From the human T2T-CHM13v2.0 reference genome, Homo sapiens: 64,000 nucleotides of DNA. The stretch lies in the NCBI RefSeq assembly GCF_009914755.1, contig NC_060946.1, one strand, 5' to 3'. The position numbers and the translations under genes are program-made. The notes under the pieces are model-generated. The model was not told the DNA's origin, made no database searches, and saw only the letters and a list, made by a program, of their open reading frames with translations. This document shows, one piece after another, positions 1 through 17,670 of the stretch; positions within the stretch are counted from its first letter, which is position 1, and every line of letters begins with the position of its first letter.

Positions 1-3000
1 ACCTTTGTGATCAGTGCAGAGATATGTCACAATGCCGTGTAACCAGAGCCTAGACTAAAATTACAGCACCTGGGAGATCAGTGCAGAGGTATGTGACAAT
101 GTCCCCAGTAGGCAGAGACCAGGCAAGAGTTGGATCACCTCGGGATCAGTGCAGAGATATGTCTCAATCACCGTGTGGGCACAGCCTAGACAAGAGTTAC
201 ATCACCTCGGTTAACAGTGCAGAGATATGTCAAAACGCCCCTGTAGGCAGAGCCTACACAATTGTTACATCACTTAGGTGATAAGTGCAGAGATATGTCA
301 CAAGACCCCCTGTAAGCAGAGCCTACACAAGAGTTACATAACCTGGGTGATCAGTGCAGAGATATGTGACAAGGCCCCTTTAAGCAGAGCATAGACAATA
401 CTTACATCACCTGAGTGATCAGTGCACAGATCTGTCAAAATGCCCCTTTAGGCAGAGCTTAGACCAGAGTTACATCACCTGGGTGATCAGTGCAGAGAGA
501 TGTCACAATGCCCCCATAGGCAAATCCAAGACAAGACTCCGTCACCTGGGTGATCAGTGCAGAAATATGTGACAATGACCCCAGCAGGCAGAGCCTATAG
601 AAGAATCCCATCACCTGGGTGATCAGTGCAGAGATATTTCACAATGCGCCTGCAGGCAGAACATAAGCAAGAGTTACATCACCAAAAGATCAGTGCAGAG
701 ATATGTCACAAGCCCCCCAATAGGCAGAGCCTGGACAAGAGTTACATCACCTTCGTGATCAATGCAGTGATATGTCACTATGCCCCGTAGGCAGTGCCTA
801 GTCAAGCGTTACATCACCTGGGTGATCAGTACAGAGATATGTCACAAAGCCCCCAAACACAGAGCCTAGACAAGAGTCCCATCACCTTGGTGATCAGTGA
901 AGAAATATGTCACAATGCCCCCATAGGCAGATACAACACAAGAGTTACATCACCTGGATGATCCGTGTAGAGATATGTTACAATGCCCACATAGGCAGGG
1001 CCTAGACAAAAGTCCCATCACCTGGGTGATCCGTGCCGAGTGATGTCACAACGCCCTCTGTAGGCAGAGACTAGAAAATTGTTGCATCACCTAGGTGATC
1101 AGTGCAGAGATATGTTTCAATGCCCCCTGTCGGTGAAGCCTATACAAGAGTTACATCATCTCGGTGATCAGTGCAGTGATATGTTAAAATGCCCCTGTAG
1201 GCTAGGCAAGAGTTACATCACCATGGTTATCAGTGCAGAGATATCTACAATACGCCCTGTAAGCAGAGCCTAGACAAGTGTTACATCAGCTGGGTGATCA
1301 GTGCAGAGATATGTCATAAATCCCACTGTAGGCAAAGCCTATACAAGTTTTCCATCACCTCAGCGATCAGTGCAGAGATATGTCTCAATGCCCCTCTAGG
1401 CAGAGCATAGACAAGAGTTACATAACCCGGGTGATCCGTGCAGAATGATGTCACAACGACCTCTGTAGACAGAGACTAGAAAAGAGTTACATCACCTGGG
1501 TGATCAGTGCAGAGATATGTCACAATGCCCCCTGTAGGCAGAGCATAGAGAAGAGTTGCATCACCTGGGTGATCAGTGCAGAGATATGTCACAATATCCC
1601 CTGTAGGCAAAGCCTAGGCAAGAGTTACATCACCTTTGTCATTCATTCAGTGATATGTGAAAATGCCCCAGTAGGCAGAGCCTAGACAAGAGTTACATCA
1701 CCTAGTTGATCAGTGCAAAGATATTTCACAATACCTAAATTCCCTGTAGGCTGTGCTTATAAAAGTGTTACATCACATAAGAGATCAGTGCAGAGATATG
1801 TCACAAAGCTCCTGCAGGCAGAACTTAGATGAGTTACACAACCTGTGTGATCAGTGCAAAGGTATGTCACAAAGCCCCCTGTATTCAAAGCCTAGACTAT
1901 CGTTACATCACTTGGGTGATCAGTGGCGAGATCTCTCACAATTCCCCTGTAGGCAGAGCTTATACAACTGTTACATCACCTGGGTGATCAGTGCAGGGAT
2001 ATGTCCCAATGCCCCAATAGGCAGATCCAAGACAAGAGTCCATCACCTGTGTGATCAGTGCAAAGGTATGTCACAAAGCCCCCTGTAGGAAAAGCCTAGA
2101 CAATAGTTACATAACTTGGGTGATCAGTGGCAAGATCTCTCACAATTCCCCTGTAGGCAGAGCTTATACAACAGTTACATCACCTGGGTGATCAGTGCAG
2201 AGATATTTCACAATACCCCTGCAGGCAGAGCGTAAGCAAGTGTTACATCACCTAGGTGATCAGTGTAGAAATATGTCACAAGGCCCCCTATGGGCAGAGA
2301 CTGGAGAAGAATTACATCACCTCGGTGATCAATGCAGTGATATATCACTATGCCCCGTAGGCAGAGCCTAGTCAAGCATTACATCACCTGGGAGATCAGT
2401 GCAGAGATATTTCACAATACCCCCCGTAGGCAGATCCTAGACAAGAGTTGAATCACCTGGTTGATCAGTGCAGAGATATATCACAATGCCCCCTTTGGGC
2501 CGAGGGGAGACAAGAGTTACATCACCTAGGTGATCAGTGCAGAGATTTGTCAAAATTCCCTGTAGGCAGTGCTTATAAAAGTGTTACATCACCTAAGTGA
2601 TCAGTGCAGAGTTATGTCACAAAGCTCCTGTAGGCAGAACTTAGATGAGTTACGTCACCTCTGTGATTAGTGCTATGGTATGTCACAAAGCCCCCTTTAG
2701 GCAAAGCCTAGACAAGAGTTACATCACTTGGGTGATCAGTGGCAAGATCTCTCACAATTCCCCTGTCGGCAGAGCTTATACAACATTTACATCACCTGGG
2801 TGATCAGTGCAGACATACGTCCCGATGCCCCCATAGGCAGATCCAAGACAAGAGTCCGTCACCTTGGTGATCATTGCAGAAATATGTCACAATGCCCCCT
2901 TAGGCAGAGCCTAGACAAAAGCCCCATCACCTGGATGATCAGTGCAGATTTATGTCACAAAGTCCCTCTAGGCAGATCCTAAACAAGAGTTACATCACCT

Positions 3001-3840
3001 GGGTGATCAGTGCAGACATATGTCACACTGCCTCTGTAGGCAGCGCCTAGACAAGTGTTACATGACCTAGGTGATCAGTGCAGAGATACATCGCAATGAC
3101 CCTGTAGGCAGAGCCTTCACAAGTGGTATATCAGCTGGGTGATCATTGCAGGTATATGTCACAAGGCACCCTGTAGGCCGATCCTAGAGAAGAGTTATAT
3201 CACCTGGTTGATCAGTGCAGAGATATGTCACAAGCCCCCTGTAGGCAGAGCCTAGTCAAGAGTTATATCTCCTGGGTGATCAGTGCAGTTATATGTCACG
3301 ATGTCGTGTAGCCAGAGCCTAGACTAAAGTTACAGCACCTTGGAGAACATTGCAGATATATTTCACAATGCCCTTGCAGGCAGACAGTAAGGAAGAGTTA
3401 CATCACCTAGATGATCAGTGCAGAGATATATCACAAGGCCCCCTATAGGCAGAGCCTGGACAAGAGTTGCATCACCTCGGTGATCAATGCAGTGATATGT
3501 CACTATGCCCCGTAGGCAGAGCCTAGTCAAGCGTTACATCACCAGGGTGATCAGTGCAGAGATATGTCACAAAGCCCCCATACAGAGAGGCTACACAAGT
3601 GCCCCATCACTTTGGTGATCAGTGCAGAAATATGTCACAATGCCCCCATAGGCACACCCAAGAGAAGAGTTACATCACCTGGGTGATCAGTGTAGAGATA
3701 TGTCACAATGCCCCCATAGGCAGAGCCTAGACAAAAGTCCCATCACCTGGGTGATAAAAGCAGAGATATGTCACAAACCCCCTGTAGGCAGAGCCTAAAC
3801 AAGAGTTACTTCAGTTTGTTGATCAGTTCAGAGATGTGTC
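1..3840. repeat. Beta satellite (68-bp Sau3A/BSR) tandem array, block 1 (truncated by the window start)
   Basis: ~68-bp diverged monomers, consensus approx. GATCAGTGCAGAGATATGTCACAATGCCCCTGTAGGCAGAGCCTAGACAAGAGTTACATCACCTGGGT; a Sau3A GATC site in most monomers. Confidence 0.97.
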
Positions 3841-4453
3841 ATGCTGACTGTTTGCTCCCATAGCTCTGTGGGCACCCGGAAACATGCAGGGAATGGTAGA
3901 AGTCCGGCATGGTGGCTTCGCTCTCCTTGCCCGTTTTCTAACCGCCCACACTGCAGACTCCCCATGTTGCCGCACACGGGAATCCATAGTCATGCCATCA
4001 CGCCTGGGAGGCATCTTGTCTCTGGGGTCTGGCTCTGGTCTCCTATGTGGAAATGAACGAGAGCCACAAGCTTGCCTGTGTGGGACTGTCCCGGCAACGG
4101 CGACACCCACGGGCACTGCCTCCTTCTCGGAGAGAGGGGCTGAAACTCTCAAGACTCCCACGGAGGTTCAGTTCCACACTTCCCTCCACCCTCCCAGGCT
4201 GGTTTCTCCCTGCTGAAGACGTGTGGGAGCCCAGATAGCGTCTTCCAGTTCCCGTGGGATTCCTGGAGAGGTCCGGAGAGCCAGCCCCCGAAAAGCTCCC
4301 CCAACCCCTTCCCCCTCGCCCCTTTCCTCTTCATCCCTCCTGCCCCACCACCACAAGCACCATGCCCTCCCCCTCAACCCACCACCCCCCGGCCACAGGC
4401 CTCGATGCCCTGGGACCCTTCCGGGGTGGGGCAGGCTGTCCCAGGGCTCACCG

Positions 4454-4498
4454 CCATTCATGAAGTGGTGGAGCCTGCCTGCCTGAGGGCCTTTATAA
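4454..4498 (+). promoter_or_regulatory. D4Z4 binding element (DBE)-like 27-mer plus TATAA box, copy 1
   Basis: CCATTCATGAAGTGGTGGAGCCTGCCT at 4454-4480 (1 mismatch to the YY1/HMGB2/nucleolin DBE); TATAA at 4494-4498, where 4q35 DUX4 has TACAA. Confidence 0.7.
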
Positions 4499-4634
4499 GA
4501 GCCGCTGGCTGGCTGTCCGGTCAGGCCTCCTGGCTGCACCTGCTGCAGTGCACAGGCTGACTGAGGTTCACGGGATGCCGCCAGCCTCTCTCTGACCGTG
4601 TGCATCTGTGAAATTCTGGCTGGGGCTCCCCGCC

Positions 4635-5877
<1,243 letters not shown>

Positions 5878-6445
5878 GACTTGGGGTGGCGATGGGGTCG
5901 GATCGGGGCAGGGCGGTGGTCTCTCTTTCGTGGGGAACACCTGGCTGGCTATGGAGGGGCGTGTCTTCCCCCCTCCCCCTCCACCGGGCTGACCGGCCTT
6001 TGATTCCTGCCTTCTAGGTCTAGGCCCGGTGAGAGGCTCCACAAAGCAAAGAACTGCCATTCTTTCCTGGGCATCAGGGGGATCCCAGAGCCGGGCCAGG
6101 TACCAGCAGTTGGGTCGCCTACTGTGCACGCGCGGGTTTGCTGGCAGCTGACTGGGCTGTGGGAGCAGCCCGTGCAGAGCTCTCATGCCTTTCCACCACC
6201 CCACCCCCGCCTGACCACCTCCTCCCCACCCCCACACCCCACCCCCGGAAAATGCATCCTCCCCTGGGCTGAGTGGATACCCCCGTCCCGCAAAACACCG
6301 GGACCGCGCAGCGTCCAGACCTGACACCCCTCCGGTGGCTCGCTTCCTCTGAACCTTCGCGCCACTGTCGCCGGACCGCCCGTGACCCTGAAGCCTCCCA
6401 GCTGCCACCATGGAGCGCCTGGCGGCGGAACGCAGACTTCTAGCT

Positions 6446-6660
6446 CTCTTTTCCGGCCTCCTGGCTAGACTTGCGCTCATTGCACACCCTGGGTGACGTG
6501 CAAGGGAGCCCGCTGGCCTTTCTATGCCCTTGTCCATCCCGACAATTCCAGCTGAGGCTCTCCAAACACCTTCCGACGCTCTTTAGTCAAAGCCTGGAGA
6601 ATAGTTACATCTCCTGGATGATCAGTTCAGAAATGTGTCACAATGCCCCTACCTGCGGAG
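6446..6660 (+). other. pLAM / DUX4 exon-3-like segment joining D4Z4 to beta satellite, copy 1; no poly(A) signal
   Basis: Acceptor ...ctggctAG at 6467-6468; downstream sequence resembles the 4qA pLAM; GTCACA at 6637-6642 replaces ATTAAA. Confidence 0.8.
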
Positions 6661-9600
6661 ACTAGAGAAGATTTGCATCATTTGAGTGATCAGTGTAGAG
6701 ATATATCACAATGTCCTCTGTATAAAAAGCCTGGAAATGATTTACATCACCTCGGAGATCAGTGCATAGGTATGTCAGAAATCCCCAGTAGGCTGAACCT
6801 AGACAAGGGTTACATCACTTAGGTGATCAGGGTAGAGATACCTGAAAATTCCCGTGTAGACAGAGCCTAGACAAGTGTTACATCACCTAGTGATCAGTGC
6901 AGGGATAAGTTGTAAAGCCTCCTGTAGGCAGAGTGTAGACAAGTGTTTCCTCTCTGGGGTGATCAGTGCAGAGTTATGTCACAAAGCCCCTTTAAGCAGA
7001 ACCTCGACAAGGGTTACATCACCTGTTTGATCAGTGGAAATGTATATCACAAAGCCCCCGTAGGCAAAGCCCAGACAATTGTTACATCACCTGGGTGAGC
7101 AGTGGAGAGATCTGTCACAATGATTCTGTCGGCAGAACTTAGACAAGGGTTACATCACCTGGGTGATCAGTGCAGAGATATGTCAAAACGCTACTGTAGG
7201 CTGAACCTAGGAATGAGTTACACCAACTGGGTGATCAGTGCAGAGATATGTGAGAATTCCCGTGTAGGCAGAGTCTAGACAAGTGTTACATCACCTAGGT
7301 TATCAGTGCAGGTATAAGTCATAAAGCCTCCTGTAGGCAGAGCGTAGACAAGAGTTCCCTCCCCAGGGTAATCAGTGCAGAGATGTGTCACAAAGCCCCT
7401 GTAGGCAGAGCCTAGACAAGAGTTACATGACCTAGGTGATCAGTCCAGAGACACATCGCAATGTCCCTGTAGGCAGAACTTTGACAAGTGGTACATCACC
7501 TGGGTGATCATTGCAGGGATATGTCACAAAGCACCTTGTAGGCAGACCCCAGAGAAAAGTTATATCACCTGGGTGATCAGTGCAGAGATATGTCAAAAGC
7601 CCCCTGTAGGCAGAGCATAGACAAGAGTTACATCACCTGGGTGATCAGTACAGAGATATGTCAAAAGCCCCCTGTAGGCAGAGCATAGACAAGAGTTACA
7701 TCACCTGGGTGATCAGTGCAGAGATTTGACACAATGCCCCCATAGACAGAGCCTTGACAAGACTTCCATTACCTGGGTGATCTGTGTAGAGATATGTCAC
7801 AAATCCCCCTCCAGGCAGAGTATAGAGTAGAGTCCCATCACCTGGGTGATCAGTGCAGAGATATTTCACAATGCCCCTTGTACGCAGAGAGTGGACAAGA
7901 GTTACATAACCTAGGTGATCTGTGCAGAGCTATGTCAAAACGCCCCTGTAGGCAGAGGCTAGATAAATGTTACATCACCTGGGTGATCAGTGCAGAGATA
8001 CGTCACAATACCCCATATAGGTGGAGCCCAGACAAGAGTTACATCACCTGGGTGATCAGTGCAGAGATACGTCACAATAACCCCTGTAGGTGGAGCCTAG
8101 ACATTAGTTACATCACCTGGGTGATCAGTGCAGAGATATGTCACAAAGCCCCTGTAGGCAGAGCCTAAACAAGAGTTACATCACCAGGGCGATCAATTTA
8201 GAAATATGTCACAAAGCCCCGTAGGCCGAGCCTAGACAAGACTTACATCTCCTGGGTGATCAGTGCAAAGATATGTCACAAAGCCAACTGTAGACAAATC
8301 CCATAAAATTGTTACATCACCTGAGTGATCAGTGGAGATATCTGTCACAATTCCCCTTTAGGCGAAGCTTAGAAACACGTTACATCACATGAGTGATCAG
8401 TGCAGAGATATGTCACTATGCCCCCATAGGCAGATCCAAGACAAGAGTCCATCACCTGGGTGATCAGTGCAGAAATAAGCCACAATACCGCCAGTAGGCA
8501 GATATAGACAAGAATTACATCACCTGCGTGATCACTGCAGAGATAAGTCACAATGCCCCTGTAGGAAGAGCCTAGAGAAGAGTCCCATCATCTGGGTGAT
8601 CAGTGCAGAGTTATGTCTCAATGCCCCCTTTTGGCAGAGCCTAGACAAGCGTTACATCACCAGGGTGATCAGTGCAGGGAAGTGTCACAAGCCCCCTGTA
8701 GCCAGAGCCTAGACAAGAGTTATATCAGCTTTGTGATCAGTGCAGTGACATGTCACAATGTCCATGTAGCCATATCATTGAGAAAAGTGACATCACCTTG
8801 GTGATCAGTGTGGAGATATGTCACAATGTCTCCAGTAGTCAGAGCCTAGACAAGAGTTACATCACCTGGATGATCAGGGCAGAGACATGTCACAATGCCC
8901 CTGTAAGCAGATCCCAGACAAGAGTTGCATCACCTCGGTGATCAGTGGAGAGATACGTCTCAATGCCCCCTGTCAGCGAAGCCTATACAAGAGTTACATC
9001 ATCTCGGTGATCAGTGCAGTGATATGTGAAAATGCCCCTGTAGGCAGAGCCTAGACAAGAGTTACATTACCTGGGTGATCAGTGCAGAGATGTCTCATGG
9101 TACCCCCTGTAAGCAGAGCCTAGACAAGAGTTACATCACCTGGGTGATCAGTGCAGAGATATGTCATAAAATCCACTGTAGGCAAAGCCTAGACAAGTTT
9201 TACATCACCTCAGCGATCAGTGCAGAGATATGTCCCAATGTTCCTCTAGGCAGAGCTTAGAGAAGAGTCACATCTCCTGGGTGATCAGTGCAGAGATAAG
9301 TCACAATGCCCCCGTAGGCTGAGCCTAGACAAGAGTTAAATAACCCGGTTGATCCGTGCAGAGATAAGTCACAATGCTCCCATAGTCAGAGCCTAGAAAA
9401 GTGTTACATAACCCAGGTGATCCGTGCAGAGTGATGTCACACCGCCCTCTGTAGGTAGAGACTAGAAAAGAGTTACATCATCTGGGTGATCAGTGCAGAG
9501 ATATGTCGCAATGCCCACTGTAGGCAGATCATAGAGAAGAGTTGCATCACCTGGGTGATCAGTGCAGGGATATGTCAAAATGTCCCCTGTAGACCAACCC

Positions 9601-11603
9601 TAGGTAAGAGTTACATCACCTTTGTCATCAGTTCAGGGATATGTGAAAACGCCCCTGTAGGCAGAGCCTAGAAAAGAGTTATATCACCTAGTTGATCAGT
9701 GCAGAGACATTTCACAATACCCCCTGAAGGCAGATCCTAGACAATAGTTGAATCACCTGGGTGATCAGTGCAGAGATATTTCACAATGCCCCCTTTGGGA
9801 AGAGGGTAGACAAGAGTTACATCAGCTAGGTGATCCGTGCAGATATTTGTCAAAATTCCCTGTAGGCAGTGCTTACAAAAGTGTTACATCACCTAAGTGT
9901 TCAGTGCAGAGCTCCTGTAGGCAGAACTTAGATGAGTTAAATCACCTGGGTGATCAGTGCAAAGTTATCTCAGAAAGCCCCCTGTAGGCAAAGCCTAGAC
10001 AATAGTTACATCACTTGGGTGATAAGTGGCGAGATCTCTCACAATTCCCTTGTAGGCAGAGTTATACAACAGTTACATCATCTGGGTGATCAGTGCAGAG
10101 ATATGTCACAATGCCTCCGTAGGCACACCCAAGACAAGGGTCCATCACCTGGGTGATCAGTGCAGAAATATGTCACAATGCCCTCTTTGGCAGAGCCTAG
10201 ACAAAAGCCCCAACACCTGGATGATCAGTGCAGAGTTATGTCACAATGCCACTGTAGGCAGAGCTGAGACAAGCGTTACATGACCTAGATGATCAGTGCA
10301 GAGATACATCGCAATGCCCCTGCAGGCAGAGCCTTGAGAAGTGGTATATCACCTGGGTGATCATTGCAGGTATATGTCACAAAGCACCCTGTAGGCAGAT
10401 CCTAGAGGAGAGTTATATCACCTGAGTGATCAGTGCAGATATATGTCACAAGCCCCCTGTAGGCAGAGCCTGGACAAGAGTTATATCACCTGGGTGATCA
10501 GTGCAGTGATATGTCACAATGCCGTGTAGCCAGAGCCTAGACTAAAGTTACAGCACCTGGGAGATCAGTGCAGAGATATGTCACAATGTCCCCAGTAGGC
10601 AGAGACCAGGCAAGAGTTGGATCACCTCGGCATCAGTGCAGAGATATGTCTCAATCCCCGTGTGGGCATAGCCTAGACAAGAGTTACATCACCTCGGTTA
10701 ACAGTGCAGAGATATGTCAAAATGCCCCTGTAGGCAGAACCTACACAACTGTTACATCACTGAGGTTATCAGTGCAGATATATGTCACAATACCCCCTGT
10801 AAGCAGAGCCTAGACAAGAGATACATCACCTGGGTGATCAGTGCAGAGATATGTGACAAGGCCCCTTTTAACAGAGCCTAGACAATAGTTACATCACCTG
10901 AGTGGTCAGTAAATAGATCTGTCACAATGCCCCTTTAGGCAGAGCTTAGACCAGAGTTACATCAGCTGGGTGATCAGTGAAGAGATTTGTCAGAATGCCC
11001 CCATAGGCTCATCCAAGACAAGATTCCTTCACCTGGGTGATCAGTGCAGAAATATGTGACAATGCCCCCAGTAGGCAGAGCCTAGAGAAGAGTCCCATCA
11101 CCTGGATGATCAGTGTAGAGATATTTCACAATGCCCCTGCAGGCAGAGCGTAAGCAAGTGTTACATCACCTAGATGATCAAGTGCAGAGATATGTCACAA
11201 GGCCCCCTATAGGCAGAGCCTGGACAAGAGTTACAACACCTCGAAGATCAATGCAGTGATATGTCACTATGCCCTGAAGGCAGAGCCTAGTCAAGCTTTG
11301 CATCACCTGGTTGATCAGTGCAGAGATATGTCACAAAGCCCCCATACACAGAGCCTAGACAAGATTCCCATCACCGGGGTGATCAGTGCAGATATATGTC
11401 ACAATGCCCTCATAGGCTGATCCAACACAAGAGTTACATCACCTGGGTGATCAGTGTAGGGATATGTCAAAATGTCCCCATAGGCAGAGCCTAGACAAAA
11501 GACCCATCACCTGGGTGATCAGTGCAGAGATGTGTCACAAAGCCCCTGTAGGCAGAGCATAGACAAGGGTTACATCTCTTTGTTGATCAGTTCAGAGATG
11601 TGC
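6590..11603. repeat. Beta satellite block 2 (~74 monomers)
   Basis: Continuous 68-bp monomers in the same orientation as block 1. Confidence 0.97.
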
Positions 11604-12229
11604 CATGCTGACTGTTTGCTCCTGGAGCTCTGCGGGCACCCAGAAACATGCAGGGAAGGGTGGAAGACTGACATGTTGCCTTCGCTCTCATTGCCAGGTT
11701 CCAAACCGGCCACACTGCAGACTCCCCATGTTTCTGCACACAGGAATCCATCGTCAGGCCATCACGCCGGGGAGGCATCTTCTCTCTGTGGTCTTGCTCT
11801 GGTCTCCTACGTGGAAGTAAACGAGAGCCACACGCCTGCGCGTGTGAGACTGTCCCAGCAACGGCGACACCCACAGGCACTGCCTCCTTCACGGAGACAG
11901 GGCCTGGAACTCTCAAGACTCCCACAGAGGTTCCGTTCCACACTCCCCTCCACGCTCCCGGCCGGTTTCTCCCTGCTGAAGATGCGTGGGAGCCCAGAGA
12001 GCGGCTTCCAGTTCCTGCGGGATTCCTGGAGAGGTTCGGAGAGCCAGCCCCCGAAACGCACCCCCCTCACCTCTTCCCCCTCGCCCCCTTCCTCTTCGTC
12101 TCTCCGGCCCCACCACCACCATCACCACGCCCTCCCACCCCATCCCACCACCCCACGGCCGCAGGCCTCGACGCCCTGGGACACTTCCGGAGTGGTGCGG
12201 GCTGTCCCAGGGCTCACCGCCATTCATGA

Positions 12230-13668
<1,439 letters not shown>

Positions 13669-14344
13669 GACGCGGGGTTGGGACGGGGTCGGGTCGGGGC
13701 AGGGCGGTGGCCTCTCTTTCGCGGGAAACACCTGGCTGGCTATGGAGGGGTGAGTCTTCACCCCACCCCCTCCACCAGGCTGACCGGCTTGGGATTCCTG
13801 CCTTCTAGGTCTAGGTCCGGTGAGAGGCTCCACAGAGCGTAGAACTGCCATTCTTTCCTGGGCATCCTGTGGATCCCACAGCCGGCCCAGGTACCAGCAG
13901 GTGGGCCGCGTACTGCGCACGCGCTGGTTTGCGGGCAGCCCCCTGGGCTGTGGGAACACCCCGGGCAGAGCTCTCATGCCTTTCCACCACCCCACCCTCG
14001 CCATACCACCACCTTCCCACCCCCACCCCCCTCCCCCAGAAAATGCGTCCTCCCCTGGGCTGGGTGGAGACCCCCGTCCCGTGAAACACCGGGCACGCGC
14101 AGCATCCAGGCTTGACACCCCTCTGGCGGCTCGTCTCCTCTGCGCCTCTGTGCCACTATCGCTGGCCCGCCCGTGCCCTTGCAGCCTCCCAGCTGCCACC
14201 ATGGAGCGCCTGGCGGCGGAATGCAGACCCAAGGCCTGGCACACACCGGGGACGCTGAGCGTTCCAGGTGGGAGGGAAGGCGGGCAGAGATGGAGAGAGG
14301 AACCAGAGACCTAAAGGGGCAGAAGGATGGGCGGAGGGACTTTA

Positions 14345-14475
14345 GCAGGGGGGAAAGGAGGGAAGGAGGGAGGGAGGGAAGCAGGGAGGAACGGAGGGAA
14401 AGAAAGAGAGACGCAGTGACTGGGTGCGGGCGGGAGGGAGCCAGGGACAGAAGGAGGAAGGCAGAGAAGAAAAGT
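14345..14475 (+). repeat. GA-rich (GGAG/GGAA) low-complexity polypurine tract within D4Z4
   Basis: ggggggaaaggagggaaggagggagggagggaagcagggaggaacggagggaaagaaagagag. Confidence 0.75.
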
Positions 14476-14910
14476 GGTCTTCGGCCTCTCGGAGGAACGG
14501 GACCCCCGCCCTCCGGGAAAATGGTAAGCATCCGGCACAAGCTGAGGGCTCAGGACACAGCCGCCGCGTCTGCCGGCGGGGCAGTCATTCGCTCCGATTC
14601 CGTGGCCCAGGGAATGGGCAGTTTCCTCTGAGACAAAAGATCGGGACTCGGGTTGGCATCGGGTTTTCACCGGCATGGATCACAGACCGCACATCCCCAG
14701 GCTGAGCCCCACAATGGAGCACGAGGCCGACAGCCCCGACCGCGGAGGAGCCACACTTGGGACGAAGGAGGCGTGATGTTGGTTTCCGCGTGGCTTTGCC
14801 CTCTGCAAGGCGGCCTGTTGCTCACTTCTCTCCGGCCCCCGAAAATTTGGCCATGCTGTTTGCTCCCGGAGATCTGCGGGCACCCGGAAACATGCAGGGA
14901 AGGGTGGTAG

Positions 14911-16912
<2,002 letters not shown>

Positions 16913-17475
16913 GACTTGGGGTTGGGATGGGGTCGGGTCGGGGCAGGGCGGTGGCCTCTCTTTCGCGGGGAACACCTGGCTGGCTATGGAGTGGTGTGTC
17001 TTCCCCCCGCCACCTCCACCGAGCTGACCAGCCTGGGATTCCTGCCTTCTAGGTCTAGGCCTGGTGAGAGACTCCACGCAGTGGATAACTGCCATTCTTT
17101 CCTGAGCATCCCGAGGATCCCAGATCCGGCCCAGGTACCAGCAGGTGGGCGGCCTACTGTGCACGGGTGGGTTTATGGGCAGCCGCCTGGGCTGTGAGAG
17201 CAGCCCGGACAGAGTTCTCATGCCTTTCCAGCACTCCACCACCGCCTGACAACCCTCTCCCCACACCCACCCCCAACTCCCGGAAAATGCGTCCTCCCCT
17301 GGGCTGGGTGGATACCGCCGTCCCACAAAACACCAGGCACATGCAGCGTCCAGGCCTGACACCCCACTGGCATCTCGCCTCCTCTGCGCCTCCTCCGTGC
17401 CACCTTCGCCAGACCGCCCGTGCCCCTGCAGCCTCCCAGCTGCCACAATGGAGCGCCTAGCTGTGGAACGCAGAA

Positions 17476-17670
17476 ATCTAGCTCTCTTTGCCATCCTCCT
17501 GGCTAGACCTGCGCTCATTGCAGACACTGGCTGACGTGCAAGGGAGCCTGGTGGCCTCTCTATGCTGGTGTCCGTCCGTGGAATTCCAGCTGAGGCTTTC
17601 CCAACACCTTGAGAATAGATACAACTCCTGGATGATCAGTTCAGAAATATGTCACAATGGCCCCTCCCTG
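17476..17670 (+). other. pLAM / exon-3-like junction, copy 3; no poly(A) signal
   Basis: Acceptor ggctAG|acctgcgc at 17505-17506; GTCACA at 17651-17656 in place of ATTAAA; ~24-bp deletion at ~17610 relative to copies 1 and 4. Confidence 0.8.
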
